Source of the DNA: Eledone cirrhosa
Taxonomy: Eukaryota
DNA: 64,000 nt
Direction of reading: 5' to 3'
Assembly: GCA_964016885.1 (NCBI GenBank)
Contig: OZ024757.1
Span: forward strand, 2,728,001-2,792,000
In this document: piece after piece, positions 1 to 12,497 of the stretch
Layout: every line of letters begins with the position of its first letter
Numbering within the stretch: the stretch's first letter is position 1
Position numbers and translations under genes: made by a program
The notes under the pieces: generated by a model
Told to the model about the DNA's origin: nothing
Seen by the model: the letters and a program-made list of their open reading frames with translations, nothing else
The model's database searches: none

Positions 1-280
1 CTCATTTGATCCCTCTATAATACGGAGGTACACATATTTTATTATTTCAATTTTTAAAAGTTATGTAGTTTTATGTTTATATTTATTACTTGCCTTTATA
101 TAAAATTATTATATTTATTATTATATATTTTTATTCACATTTTCATACGTACCCTCTTTATTATATGTAGTTTTTCATATTTCAACTTATGTTATATAAA
201 TATTGAGTGTTGTCATAACTAATCACTGCCAAGACTGGATTTGAACCATCAGCACAATCGAGGTATGTCAGACATCAATT

Positions 281-346
281 TATTTTATCTGATGAGGACG
301 TACTGATGAAATAGTTCAGTACCTCTGAAATATGTATAATAAAATA
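281..346 (+). ncRNA. Type I hammerhead ribozyme at the 3' end of a PLE-like element
   Basis: tattttat-CTGATGA-stem II (gga..gtactga/tcagtac..tct)-GAAA-tatgta-TA-ataaaata; stem I tattttat/ataaaata; followed by (TA)n. Confidence 0.85.
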
Positions 347-374
347 TATTTGATCACATGAATGTCTATATTTA

Positions 375-419
<45 letters not shown>

Positions 420-460
420 GCAAGTTTACGATTCTGTGTGTCCGCCTAAAACTAGCATTC

Positions 461-675
461 CATATGCTCAGATGATTCCAGACTTCCATCTGGAGGAAAC
501 AATTGTCAGCATATAAATGTTCTAAACTAAAATTTCATCGTTTTAACACTTTGCATATATATATATATATATATATATATACAAAGTGTTACAACGATCA
601 AGTTTTAGTTTAGAACGTTTATATGCTGACAATTGTTTCTTCCAGATGGGCGTCTGGCATCATCGGAGCATATGG
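461..675. ncRNA. Two degenerate HHR copies in inverted orientation across a (TA)n tract
   Basis: Plus copy: atatgct-cAgatga-ttccaga..tctggag-GAAA-caattg-TC-agcatat. Minus copy (about 623-675) has cCgatga. Arms about 455-556 and 581-680 are diverged reverse complements. Confidence 0.6.
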
Positions 676-2326
676 AATGTCGAAACATGTGACTAAAATC
701 CTAGTCATACAGAACATTTAGGGTACATAATTGTTTTTAGTGTCAAAGGCATCATGTGGAGAGTCAGGAGTTAAAAAGATGTTATACTCGAGAGAACACA
801 ATTATAGGCAACACTGGTTGAAAGTGTAAGAGGTATAAGTAAAAGGTACAGGCAAAAAAGTTACAAGCAAGGAAAAGTGGTGTACAATTCAGGAGTCAAT
901 ACAGTCAATAAGGCATGTATGAGGAAAGAGTTATAATGCAGTTGAAATAAACATATTTTGTGTGGGGTGTTAGAGCATGTTATAATTGTTATAAACATTT
1001 AAGATAGTGTGCAATTTGTTAGAGAGGCGTGTGGTGATAATGTAGGTATTTGTTGTGTGAGGTATAATGCAAAGCACGTGATAGAGTTGGATAGGTGATT
1101 TTCATTCAAGTGTCTTTGTATTGTAGTTCGTATGTATGTGTATATGTTGTTTGTTACTCACAGCTATTAACCATGGGATTAATTTGAGTCGTTTATAGTC
1201 AATAGGAGTTTGTTTGTTAAATTTAAATTCCACTGAATTACTGGCCATGTTGTTATTGTAGGTATATTATCTTATGCATTTTTTATCTACAAATTATCTT
1301 TTCAAGGGTTTGTATTAATCGTTATTAAGCTGTTGGTAAACCGTTAGGTTGCTTCATTTTATAAGTTTACACAGGAAGTTGTAAAGGGGGTTAATAACAA
1401 AGGGAGGTAATTAAGGTTGTTGATAAATGAAGGGTTTTATTATTGTAGTAGTGTTATCAATTAATCTTTATAGAGTATATAAAATATTATTGATTATATA
1501 ATTATCTTTTAAACTTGTGTGGAGGGAGTTAGACACGTTTTAAAAATTAGTTGAGATTTTTTATGACAGGATAGTGAGTTGCATACTATATACTGGAATA
1601 ATTGGTGTTATGTACACAGGTGTCTGCTATTTAGTTGGTGTTGTATATTGAGAGTATGTTAGAGTGTCTATATTATTTAATTATTTTAATTGTATAAGGT
1701 AAGAGATCAAACAAGGGGTTTATTGACAGTATATAGGTTAGTGTGGTCTTTTAATTAAGGTGTAGTCCTATATTTATGAAGATCTAATTGGATAAATTAA
1801 AAGGTGGTGGTTTAGTGCTATCTCCGACATTGGTTTTTATTTTTATTATTATTATTATTAGTTACTAGGTTTGAAGTAGTGGAAAGAGAATCTATGGTAA
1901 TGTGGACACGTGGAGAAGATCTCTGATTTCCTATTTAGCAGGCTAAGATTAGAGTGAATAATATTTCTAGACTCGAGGATGCAAAGGTTACACCATTTGT
2001 TAGGTGGTCTATATGAAGGGGCCTTAGCTATCACTTCCCATTTTAAGGTGTATCGTATATAGCTTGATTTTAATGAGTGTATGTATGTGGATAGAGAGGT
2101 TACATTCATAAGTTTAGGGTTTTTGAACGAATGAAGATGTGAATTATATCAGGTCTTAAAGCTATTCGATGTTGAGCCTATATATACTTTCGAGATGTGA
2201 TTAGCGGTTACAGTACCGTAGTAGATAATGTCTTTAATAAGGCAGTTCTTATTCAATGGGCATGTCTTGTTAGGCCTACAATTACAATTGTTTTGGTAAC
2301 TAGTATTAGGATTATGGTAATTATTA
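581..2326 (-). mobile_element. 5'-truncated Penelope-like element (GIY-YIG domain, long 3' UTR, terminal HHR)
   Basis: Minus-strand translation CNCRPNKTCPLNKNCL..IIYYGTV..YIGSTSNSFKT*YNSH..WEVIAKA..CNLC..LLNRKSEIFSTCPH matches the GIY-YIG end of the 6327-8763 ORF. The stop at 2149-2151 is TGA at an Arg position. Confidence 0.85.
1858..2326 (-). pseudogene. PLE GIY-YIG endonuclease fragment
   Basis: ORFs 1858-2109 and 2149-2326 are in one frame separated by a single stop; CNCR/CPL, YIG and CxxC..LLN..CxH motifs. Confidence 0.85.
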
Positions 2327-2349
2327 TATATATATATATATATATATAA

Positions 2350-2540
2350 GGCGGGGGATTGGCAGTATCGGTAGACGGTCGGACGCCATGCTATGACGCA
2401 TAGAGTTACTGCCCTTGCCATTCTGAGTTCAAATCCCGCCGAGGTTAAATTTGCGCCTTTCATCCTTACGAGGTCGATAAAATAAAGTACCAGTAATGTA
2501 CTGGGTAATTGCTGGCCTTGTGCCAATAGTAGAAACAATT
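2350..2540 (+). mobile_element. tRNA-derived SINE (octopus-type family)
   Basis: Box A tggcagtatcgg, box B gagttcaaatccc, core cctttcatccttacgaggtcgataaaataaagtaccag, tail gtagaaacaatt; six copies in the window. Confidence 0.9.
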
Positions 2541-2575
2541 ATTATATATATATATGTATATATCTCACTCTCTCT

Positions 2576-2678
<103 letters not shown>

Positions 2679-2943
2679 AAACGCCACCAACAGTTTTGTA
2701 AGAGATGTTAACATGAATGGATCTGTTATTTTTATCTAAAGACATTTTTTCCAATTCGAGCCCACCCGTCCCCCTCAATCTATTTTATTTCTCATTCTTT
2801 CTTCTGATGAAGGACTAGCGTCTGAAACCGTAAGACCCTCTTCCTGCTATATCAAACGTTAACCTAATATATGCCTTCCATATATTGTACCGATTGTGTT
2901 GTTATTTCTGTTTACCTTTTACATACATACATATATATCAAAA

Positions 2944-2999
<56 letters not shown>

Positions 3000-3321
3000 A
3001 TATATACATATATGTAATAATAATAAATTTGAAGACTAAAGTATATTACATATACACACAATATCCAGTTCTTTATTTTATTTAGAAGTGATGAGGATAC
3101 TAATTCATCACTCGTTGATGAGCCAAGAATTTGATATACCTCTTTACAAATAATATTGCGAAACGGTTCCATAAAAAACCGTCCGGGTGAATGGTAGTCA
3201 CTACAATACTGGTTTGTATTCATTCTTCTTGATTTATTCTTAAATTGAGTCTAGCAAACCCTATTGTCTGTAGATAGTATTTTTTTCACCTTAGCGTTTC
3301 TGGTCCATTACGATTTGAACG

Positions 3322-3452
<131 letters not shown>

Positions 3453-3505
3453 ATTTTAGTCTTCAAATTTATTGTTATTACATATATGTATATATATACA
3501 TATAT

Positions 3506-3555
<50 letters not shown>

Positions 3556-3559
<4 letters not shown>

Positions 3560-4034
3560 AAATAACGAAAGCAAATTAAATTTCGTTTCGTTTGTAACTC
3601 ACTTTTGTATGACTGACGCTTAAACAATTAAGTTAAAAATGTACATCCACATATGTATACTGAAATACTAGTATGCATATGAATACACACACGTATACAT
3701 ATGTAGATGTACCGAGTTTTTCACTGGTCACTTTACTGTGAGTGTCCAGCTATTCTGTATGTAAACACACAGACAAACCGGTTTTTAGAGTCATACTGGT
3801 TTTTGAGGAAACACCTTTCCTCTATTCTCCAGAAAGCCAGACAAGGAATATTGAACTAGTTTCGTTGTTGTTACAACTCATCAGCAATATTTACTTATCT
3901 TCCGGCCCTTCTAGAGAATCGTAAAAGCACATATCGTTATATGCTTTTTCTATGAAAATTAGTAGTGGGCAGACTAATTTGCATAGAGCGTGAGTACGTA
4001 CCGGTTCAACGGAGACGATAAAAACAAATAACGA
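3556..4034 (-). mobile_element. Non-coding HHR element (retrozyme-like, about 467-nt monomer) in (TA)n
   Basis: Starts and ends with aaacaaataacga (short terminal redundancy); other copies at 16117-16597 and 41427-42138 (1.5 monomers). Confidence 0.8.
3847..3891 (-). ncRNA. Canonical minimal type I HHR
   Basis: Minus strand: aatattg-CTGATGA-gttgt aaca acaac-GAAA-ctag-TT-caatatt; perfect stems I and II, palindromic stem III; identical at 16410-16454 and 41722-41766. Confidence 0.92.
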
Positions 4035-4048
4035 TATATATATATATA

Positions 4049-4254
4049 TTATTAGAAATGTAAGCTATCGCCGTATTTTGACTAAAGAAATTAAATAAAT
4101 TATTTAGCCTGATAGTGGGGTTAAGAACCCTCGGAGAAATGGAAAAAGATGAGTATTGAGGTACGTCAATACTCATCTTTTTCTTAACCCCACCATCAGG
4201 CTAAATAATTTCTTTAATTTCTTTAGTCAAAATACGGTGATAGCTTACATTTCT

Positions 4255-4260
<6 letters not shown>
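4049..4260. repeat. Fold-back element (about 77-bp inverted arms plus inner 18-bp hairpin)
   Basis: attagaaatgtaagc...ggggttaagaa against its reverse complement; inner gaaaaagatgagtattga/tcaatactcatctttttc; copy at about 16610-16820. Confidence 0.85.
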
Positions 4261-4298
<38 letters not shown>

Positions 4299-4398
4299 AT
4301 ATATACATATATGTAATAATAATAAATTTGAAGACTAAAATCCAATGATGTATATATATATGTATATATATATGACTTTTTCGAATATTAATATTCGG

Positions 4399-5515
4399 GT
4401 GTGGTGTCCTCTGTAAAAAGGACACCACACACGAGGCACTAAAACTTGCTTCCTGAAGCTCCCACACTTCACTAACGAAACAACAACAGCCATCCGCAGA
4501 GCTATCAGACGAGAGGGACTAGATATCCAACTGGCCCACTCAGGTCCTTCTCTACGCGGACAGCTAACCAAAAGACACTCCACATGACAGCCTCTGCAGG
4601 CTAGCCAACTGCCCCATCAACGACACAGACCTATGCCACCAGGATTACGTCGTATACAGACTAGAGTGCGACAAATGCAGCAACTTCTACGTAGGTAGCA
4701 CCACCAGACCACTTCACATAAGAATAAAATAACACCTCAATACTAATGCTTCCTCATTTAAGAAACACCTAGTTAAATGCAAAAACACCGACAAAAACAT
4801 AATAGTTAGGATAGAAGGTAAGGAAAGAAACCTCGGCAATCTTAGAATTAAAGAAGCACTGATTATAGACAAAACGCAACCACCAATCAATAACAGACTA
4901 GAACTCAACACCCAATTTTTAACATGATAGAGCTCCTAGCCCCACACTTACAGTTACACGTACCCTCTCTCACACACACACACACACGCACGCACGCATA
5001 CACATACACTTACACCTCCACTTATTCTCTCTCACACACACACATACACACACAAAGACCAGTTTTAACATGATAGAGCATCTAGCCCCCACATTTACAT
5101 ATAGACATATCCTCTCTCACACACACACACATACGCATGCTTACACCTTCACGTATCCTCCCACACACACTTAAACGTACATGCCCAAACCCCTTTTAAA
5201 GGGAGACAACTCTTTATCCACCTAAACACCACTCCTTGACATTAGAGATAAAATGGAATTTCTATACCATTTCCTGTCAGCATAACTTGGCAAGCTAATT
5301 AGAACACTGGTTTAACCCCTTTACTTCCCTCCGAAGAAGAGACATTATCTCGAAAATTAAGGATATTCAAATAAATTTAAGGTAAAAGACTAGTTGTCAA
5401 CAATATCTTTTGCATTTGTATTTTTATTCTATATCCATACCTGCATTGTTTTGGCCTTCTAACTCCAAACGTTTATACCTCATTACGCAATGCTTCAAGT
5501 AAACTACAATTTCCT

Positions 5516-5519
<4 letters not shown>
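4399..5519 (+). mobile_element. 5'-truncated PLE of a second clade (GIY-YIG remnant plus 3' region)
   Basis: Manual translation ..LKLPHFTNETTTAIRRAIRREGL.. then CPINDTDLCHQDYVVYRLECDKCSNFYVGSTTRPLHIRIK*HL..LRIKEALIIDKTQPPINNRLE; degenerate HHR (ccgaaga..gaaa) near 5327-5364; copy at 16950-18069. Confidence 0.8.
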
Positions 5520-5574
<55 letters not shown>

Positions 5575-5822
5575 GCATATACGTATTTTATCTCTAGATT
5601 ATAAACATACAGAGACATTAGCCCTGAATTTTTGTATTTACATACATCTTTTCGGCATGCGTATGCATGTGCATATATTTTTATGCATATCTGTGAACGA
5701 AGTTACTTACATATATACATACACCTAACTGTATACACTTTTTGTGTTTTCATTGGTCAATTTGAACTCTGTTCCCAAACAGACCTGTAATTTTGAATTG
5801 TTGTTATTATCAATAAATATAT

Positions 5823-5976
5823 TTCATTATTTCTGAAGACGGCATATATATGTGTTGGTATGTATATTTAATTTTGATAGTTTGTATAATTTTGTATAAT
5901 TTTGTACATAGATCTGTTGAATATGCATGCCAATTCTAACACATATATATCCTAGAAACGATCGTTAAATAATGAA
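5823..5976 (+). ncRNA. pLTR hammerhead ribozyme with very long stem II
   Basis: ttcattattt-CTGAAGA-[about 115 nt; atatatatgtgtt/aacacatatatat]-GAAA-cgatcg-TT-aaataatgaa; second copy 12159-12309. Confidence 0.75.
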
Positions 5977-6326
5977 CTTTTTTTGTTTAATATAAGGAAC
6001 TGTTTCATTGTTTTATTCATTATTTTTTTAATATTTTATCTTGACTCTGTATTCCGTTTATCTTTCACCGAAAGTGATTTTTCATTGCATCTCTTCTTTC
6101 CATGATATCCGGATTACATTGAGTTCTTCATACGGATTGGACACTACCGTAAACTCTTGGTAGATTTATCTACATAATTTTGCTCCTATTTTCACGGAAA
6201 TATTCGTATTTTTGTACTGTATGTGTGTGTTAATTTTATATTTATGTATATACATATATATGTATGATTTTGTAAACCCATATACATTTAGTTGAGCTCT
6301 TTCAATTGTCCATCATCCATATCACA

Positions 6327-8763
6327 ATGGAAAAACAATACTTGGGAACCTCTTTAAAGAACATACCAATACCTTCTAAGGATGACTTCTTACTCCTTAT
6401 GATTCAAAAAACTAACCAATTTATCAGAAGAGTTAGATGGAGGGCCTACCACTTCGATAAAAAATCTAAATATGCAGATAGGAAATATATGTATGATTTC
6501 AATACTTACAAGAATCCACCACACAACTCTTTGCTTGAAGACTTTGAGAAAGACCTTTTTAATTTAATTAAACACCTCAAATTTAAGAAGTATAAATCTG
6601 TCTTTCAAAAGGACCTTGATTCTACCCTATTGGACCTAAAAAAGTCTAAAAAAATCCATGTCCACTCGGACAAAACTGGTAACTTGTATCACATGGATAT
6701 TGAAGATTATAATGAGTTCATATATAAAGAACTCAGGAAAAATTATAAAAAAATCTAATAATGCGTCACTCACCAACATCAACAACAAAACACACAACAT
6801 AGTAAAAAAACTAAACATTGAAGATAGAACTGAACCTTTGGCATTGAAAAGACCACACTTCAACCTGAAGGATCATAAATCAAACTTTAACTCAAATCCT
6901 TCTATAAGACTTATATGTCCCTCCAAATCTGATATTGGAATAATTAGCAAAAAAATTTTGGATAGAGTCATCCCACAAATAAGAAAACACGTTAATTTAC
7001 CACTCTGGGAAAACACTTCCCAGGTAATTAACTGGTTTAAAAATATTAGATGTAAATCTTCTGCTTCATTTCTACAATTTGATATAGATAATTACTATTC
7101 TTCTATATCACCTATACTCCTGAACAAAGCATTGATATTTGCTAAAAATAGATCTGACTTAACTTTGGATGACATTAATATTATTACACATGCTAGACTA
7201 ACACTTATTGAATTTCAGAATGAATACTGGACCAGAAACACATATAGTAATCTATTTGATATTACTATGGGTTCAAGCGATTCCGCCCAAATTACTGATC
7301 TTGTGGGCCTCTTTCTCCTTTTCAACATAAATGCCTCCTTTCCCCACCTTAAAGGTGGTTTATATCGTGATGACTGTCTTCTTCTTTCCAACAACCTTAG
7401 CCTTTCAGAAATAGAAAAAAACAAAAAGCATATTAGAACTTTCCTTAAAGACTATTATAGTCTTCATATTACTTTTGAAAAAACAAGTAAAGTAGTAAAT
7501 TTCCTAGATATAACTTTAGACTTAGCTACGGGTATCTACCAACCTTACCATAAACCCAACCAAAACTTACACTACATACACTCACAATCTAATCACCCTA
7601 AATCTATCCTTAAAAACCTTGCATATAATATATCACTTAGAATTTCTAACCTTTCTTCTAACCAAGATGTATTTGATAAAAATGCGACCTTCTATAACGA
7701 AGCTCTAGATAGAAGTGGCCACAAAAATAGATTTGAATATATACCTTCTACTAAAAATACTATAAACATACAACCTAATATTACCAACAAACACCAAATG
7801 AAAAGTACACACCTAAATGCCACCCACACTATACCCCCAAATACCAACAACTCTTCTAATATAAAGTATAGTAACTCTCAAAAAACTACTCATCATACAA
7901 CTCTAATAAATGTTAATAATAAAACCCCTAATAAACAAGATAAAACACCTAAATCTATAAATCTAACTAAAAATGTGCGTGGTGAGATCATTAACATTAA
8001 TCCTCCTAGTAAACATCACGATACAACCTATAAAAATAATAAACAACATAGAAACCGTAATAGACGAGTTACTTGGTATAATGCTCCATTTAATTTACAA
8101 ATTAAGGATAATATTGCTAAAAAATTTGTTTATATCCTAGAGAAAAACTTCCCGCCAAACCACAAATACCATCAAATCTTAAATAGGTCTACAGTTAAAT
8201 TCTCATACTCAACAACCAATAACATAAAACAAAATATAAGTGCCTATAATGCATATAAATGTAGGAATACCATAAGTATACCACCAATACATCAAACTAA
8301 CCATAATATCTCCTCAAATACAGAATTAACGAAAGGTTGTAACTGTAGAAACAAAGCAAACTGCCCATTAAAAGGAAATTGTCTTGTTAACAACATAGTT
8401 TATAAATGTAATGTTAAAACTAAAGATTCTATTTGCTCATATATAGGAGCTACTTTTAACAATTTTAAGGTAAGGTTTAATACCCACAAACATAGTTTTA
8501 AAAATGCCGCACTGGCTAATACAACATCTCTAGCAGAAAAAATCAATAGTTATAAAAATAAGAATATAGAATATGATATGACCTGGAGTGTGCTCAAAAG
8601 AGCCACCCCTTATCAAAATAATAGAAATGAATGTAGATTATGTTCCCAAGAACTATTTGAAATAATGAAATCTAAGGATATCCTATTAAATAAACGACAG
8701 GAATTAATTATATCGTGTAATCATAAACTAAGAAAAACATTTAAATATTATAAACCTAATTAA
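6327..8763 (+). CDS. PLE polyprotein (reverse transcriptase plus GIY-YIG endonuclease), about 811 aa if one frameshift is corrected
   Basis: N-terminal SLKNIPIP..FIRRVRWRA..SDKTGNLY (ORF 6306-6758) joins ORF 6658-8763 at the A7 run 6747-6753. RT motifs LKDHK, RLICP, FDIDNYYSSI, TMGS, YRDD, VNFLDITL, SNHP; EN motifs CNCR..CPL..CL, IVY..YIG, CRLC, CNH. Confidence 0.9.
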
Positions 8764-9233
8764 TAACATTATTTTAGAAATTAATATATAATTTAATTTA
8801 AATGTTAGTTAACCTATAAATTTAATTTAATTAAAATTCTACTACAGATGAGATTATAAAATATTGTGTAATCATAAATTGTGAAAAACTTTTAAATATT
8901 ACTAATATATACTTCGTAAATTAATTTATAGATTAATTTTAATTTATTTAACCTTTTATTAAAATTCCTTTACAGATTAAATATAACAAAATATCGTGTA
9001 TTCAATGACAGAAATATTTTTTAATATTATAGACCTAATTATCGTACATTTTAGAAATATATTTATAATTTGGTTTTAATTTGGTTAACCTAAAAATTTA
9101 ATTTAATTGGCTTAAAATTAAAATCCTAATACAGATGGACTGCAGAGTGTCATGTAATCATAGACTGAGATAGGTTTTGGATGTATACCTAGTTAATATA
9201 TTCTTTGCAATTTTTGAAAAAATATGTATATAT

Positions 9234-9319
<86 letters not shown>

Positions 9320-9710
9320 GTGTATATATTAATTTTAATTTCTGTTTACCTATAATTATATTCTACTATAGATAAAATACAATATCTGTTTTAATTATTA
9401 TAAACCTAATTAACATATACTATAGAAATTAATATATAATTTTTTATTTAGTTAACCTATAATTTATATTCTACTACCGATGTAATACTTTATTTGGTTT
9501 TGTTTTTTTCCCTATTACTAAATTCATTTCCTAATATTGATACCATAACGTTAATAATTTTAATTTAGTTATACTATAATTAATACTCTACTACTATTTA
9601 ACTTCAAAATTCCGCTTCAAATATTATAAACCTAAGTAGTATACACCTTAGAAATCAATATATTAACCATCTTTAATTTAGTTAACCTATAATTAATAGT
9701 CTACTTATAT
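8695..9710 (+). repeat. Degenerate tandem re-duplications of the ORF 3' end (about 130-160-bp modules)
   Basis: acag..tgtaatcataaa..ttataaacctaattaa..ttagttaacctataa recurs near 8697, 8843, 8971, 9131, 9395 and 9620. Confidence 0.7.
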
Positions 9711-9978
9711 TAAAATGCATAATTTTGCCTTCTTTCTTACATTTCCTAATACTGAAACTACTATGTAAACACATATTATGATCTAAATGCAGATTAATAT
9801 TCTATGATTCTTGAAACCTATATTTACTATAATCCCCCCCCTTCCCCCTATTATTATTTGTATTTGTAAGCGTGGATGTATGTATGTATATGTAGGTAGG
9901 TATGTATGTTTGGGTGTTTGTATGTGAGTATAAAAATACATATGTGCGCATGTAAATAAGGGTGTATGATTGTGTGTA

Positions 9979-10019
<41 letters not shown>

Positions 10020-10182
10020 GTATATATATATATGTATATATGTATGTATCTATGTATTTATGTGGGTATATGTGTGTATGTATATGTATGCGCATATATA
10101 CGTCTATGTGTATATGTGCGTATGTGTATATATGTACGTATGTGCGCATGTATATGTGAGTGTGTGTATATATATATATATA

Positions 10183-10563
10183 TACGATATTGAATGAATG
10201 GAGGCTGTATTTGTAGGGCCATATTTGTTTCATTATATATGTTTCAGGGATGTCATATTGACGATGTGTTGTGCCTTCTTCAGACAAAATACAATATAGA
10301 CAGTTTTATAAATAAATAGATTTGACATACCGTTCAACATCGACTTGTATTTGAAAAGTTGATTTGGCAGTATTTTGTCTGAGGAAGGCATAACATATTG
10401 TTAGTGTGATGTCCCTGAGGTATGTATGATGAAATAGATATGGTTTTGTAGATGTAGTTTCCATTTATTTAGTATCGTAAATATACTCCAAATACTTGTT
10501 GAGTGCTTTTATATCAGTTATAAATATTTACTAGTTGTAACCCAACAATTTAAGTATAACTTT

Positions 10564-10566
<3 letters not shown>
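10183..10566 (-). mobile_element. HHR element with internal inverted duplication, nested in the PLE 3' region and A-to-G hypermutated
   Basis: Arms 10183-10292 and 10370-10479; same family as 20545-20790, 37250-37390, 45560-45710 and 49955-50090. Confidence 0.85.
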
Positions 10567-10599
<33 letters not shown>

Positions 10600-10639
10600 A
10601 GTTGATGTGTGTATGTGTATATATATATGTATGTATATG

Positions 10640-10702
<63 letters not shown>

Positions 10703-10815
10703 ATATGAGTGTATATGTATGTGTGTGCATATTTGTCTGACTGTGTGTATTAATTAATTTATTTATTTATTTCTTTTTTTCTTTTATTTTTTAATTTTAT
10801 ATATATATATGTATA

Positions 10816-10890
<75 letters not shown>

Positions 10891-11055
10891 GTGTGTGTAT
10901 ATATATGTATGTGTGTATGTGTGTGTATGTATATGTGTGTGTGTGTATGTGTGTATATATTTATATGTGTATATGTATCTCTATATATGTATATATGTGT
11001 ATGTATATCCCTTTATTTATGTATGTCTGAGTTGTGTGAGCGTGTGGTTGTGTAT

Positions 11056-11100
<45 letters not shown>

Positions 11101-11154
11101 GGTATGTATATGTATGTGTGTATATACATGAGTGTGTTTATATATGTGTATGGA

Positions 11155-11195
<41 letters not shown>

Positions 11196-11392
11196 TGTGA
11201 ATGTATATATATATATCTATGTGTGTATATGTATATATATATGTGTGTATATATGTATATGTCTATGTATTTACATGTGTATATGTATGTGTCTCTATAT
11301 GTATGCGTGTGTGTATGTGTATATGTATTTATATGGTTTGTGTATGTATATGTAGGTGTATGTATGTGTTTATGTATATGTGTATGTATATG

Positions 11393-11441
<49 letters not shown>

Positions 11442-11492
11442 GTATGTATATCGATGTATATTTTATATTTTACTTGTTTATATATATATATG

Positions 11493-11531
<39 letters not shown>

Positions 11532-12309
11532 TCTTAATATTTTTCTTTTTTCTTTTTCTTTTTCTTTTTCTTTTTCTTTTTCTTTTTCTTTTTCTTTTTA
11601 TTTCTAAATTTATAGATACATTTATAAATAGGCAGTTTGCTGACACCACTAAATACTGACCTCTTCCCCCCCACCTACTTTCTGTATCTGTATCTAAATA
11701 TGTGTGGCACTGTTTATGTGCGCGCATTAATGTCCATATGCTTATGATAATAGTATATACACATATATGTGTGTGGGAGTGTGTGTGTGTATGTATGTTC
11801 GTGGTTGTGTGTATGTTTATGCGTATACGCGCGTGTGTGTGTGAATGTATGTGTATGTGTGAGTATATGAATGTGTATATATTTATTTTTATATTTATAT
11901 GTTTATATGCGTATACGTATTTTATCTGTAGATTATAAACATACAGAGACATTAGCCCTGAATTTTTGTATTTACATACATCTTTTCGGCATGCGTATGC
12001 ATGTGAACATATATTTTTATGCATATCTGTGAACGAAGTTACTTACATATATACATACACCTAACTGTATAAACTTTTTGTGTTTTCATTGGTCAATTTG
12101 AACTCTGTTCCCAAACAGACCTGTAATTTTGAATTGTTGTTATTATCAATAAATATATTTCATTATTTCTGAAGACGGCATATATATGTGTTGGTATGTA
12201 TATTTAATTTTGATAGTTTGTATAATTTTGTATAATTTTGTACATAGATCTGTTGAATATGCATGCCAATTCTAACACATATATATCCTAGAAACGATCG
12301 TTAAATAAT

Positions 12310-12497
12310 TGTTTCTACTTTAGGCACAAGGCCAGCAATTATCCAGTGCATTACTGGTACTTTATTTTATCGACCCCGTAAGGATGAAAGGCAAAGTCAA
12401 CCTCGGCGGGATTTGAACTCAGATCGTAAAGGGACGTAACTATGCTGGAAAGTATGGCGTCCGACCCTCTACCGATACTGCCAATCCACCGCCCTGT
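12310..12497 (-). mobile_element. SINE inserted in the 3' pLTR HHR
   Basis: Reverse complement of the SINE; 15-bp TSD cgatcgttaaataat at 12295-12309 and 12498-12512; absent from the 5' pLTR. Confidence 0.95.

Noticed and set aside
690-1850. G-rich plus strand of the first PLE 3' UTR as antisense hyper-editing
   Set aside because: No second copy in the window to polarise it; ordinary A/C skew of the sense strand explains it equally well.
2149-2151. In-frame TGA as selenocysteine (also near 43769)
   Set aside because: These fall at Arg (CGA to TGA) and Trp positions in decayed copies, not at Cys positions.
2350-2445. tRNA gene
   Set aside because: A and B boxes are present but there is no cloverleaf; it is the SINE head.
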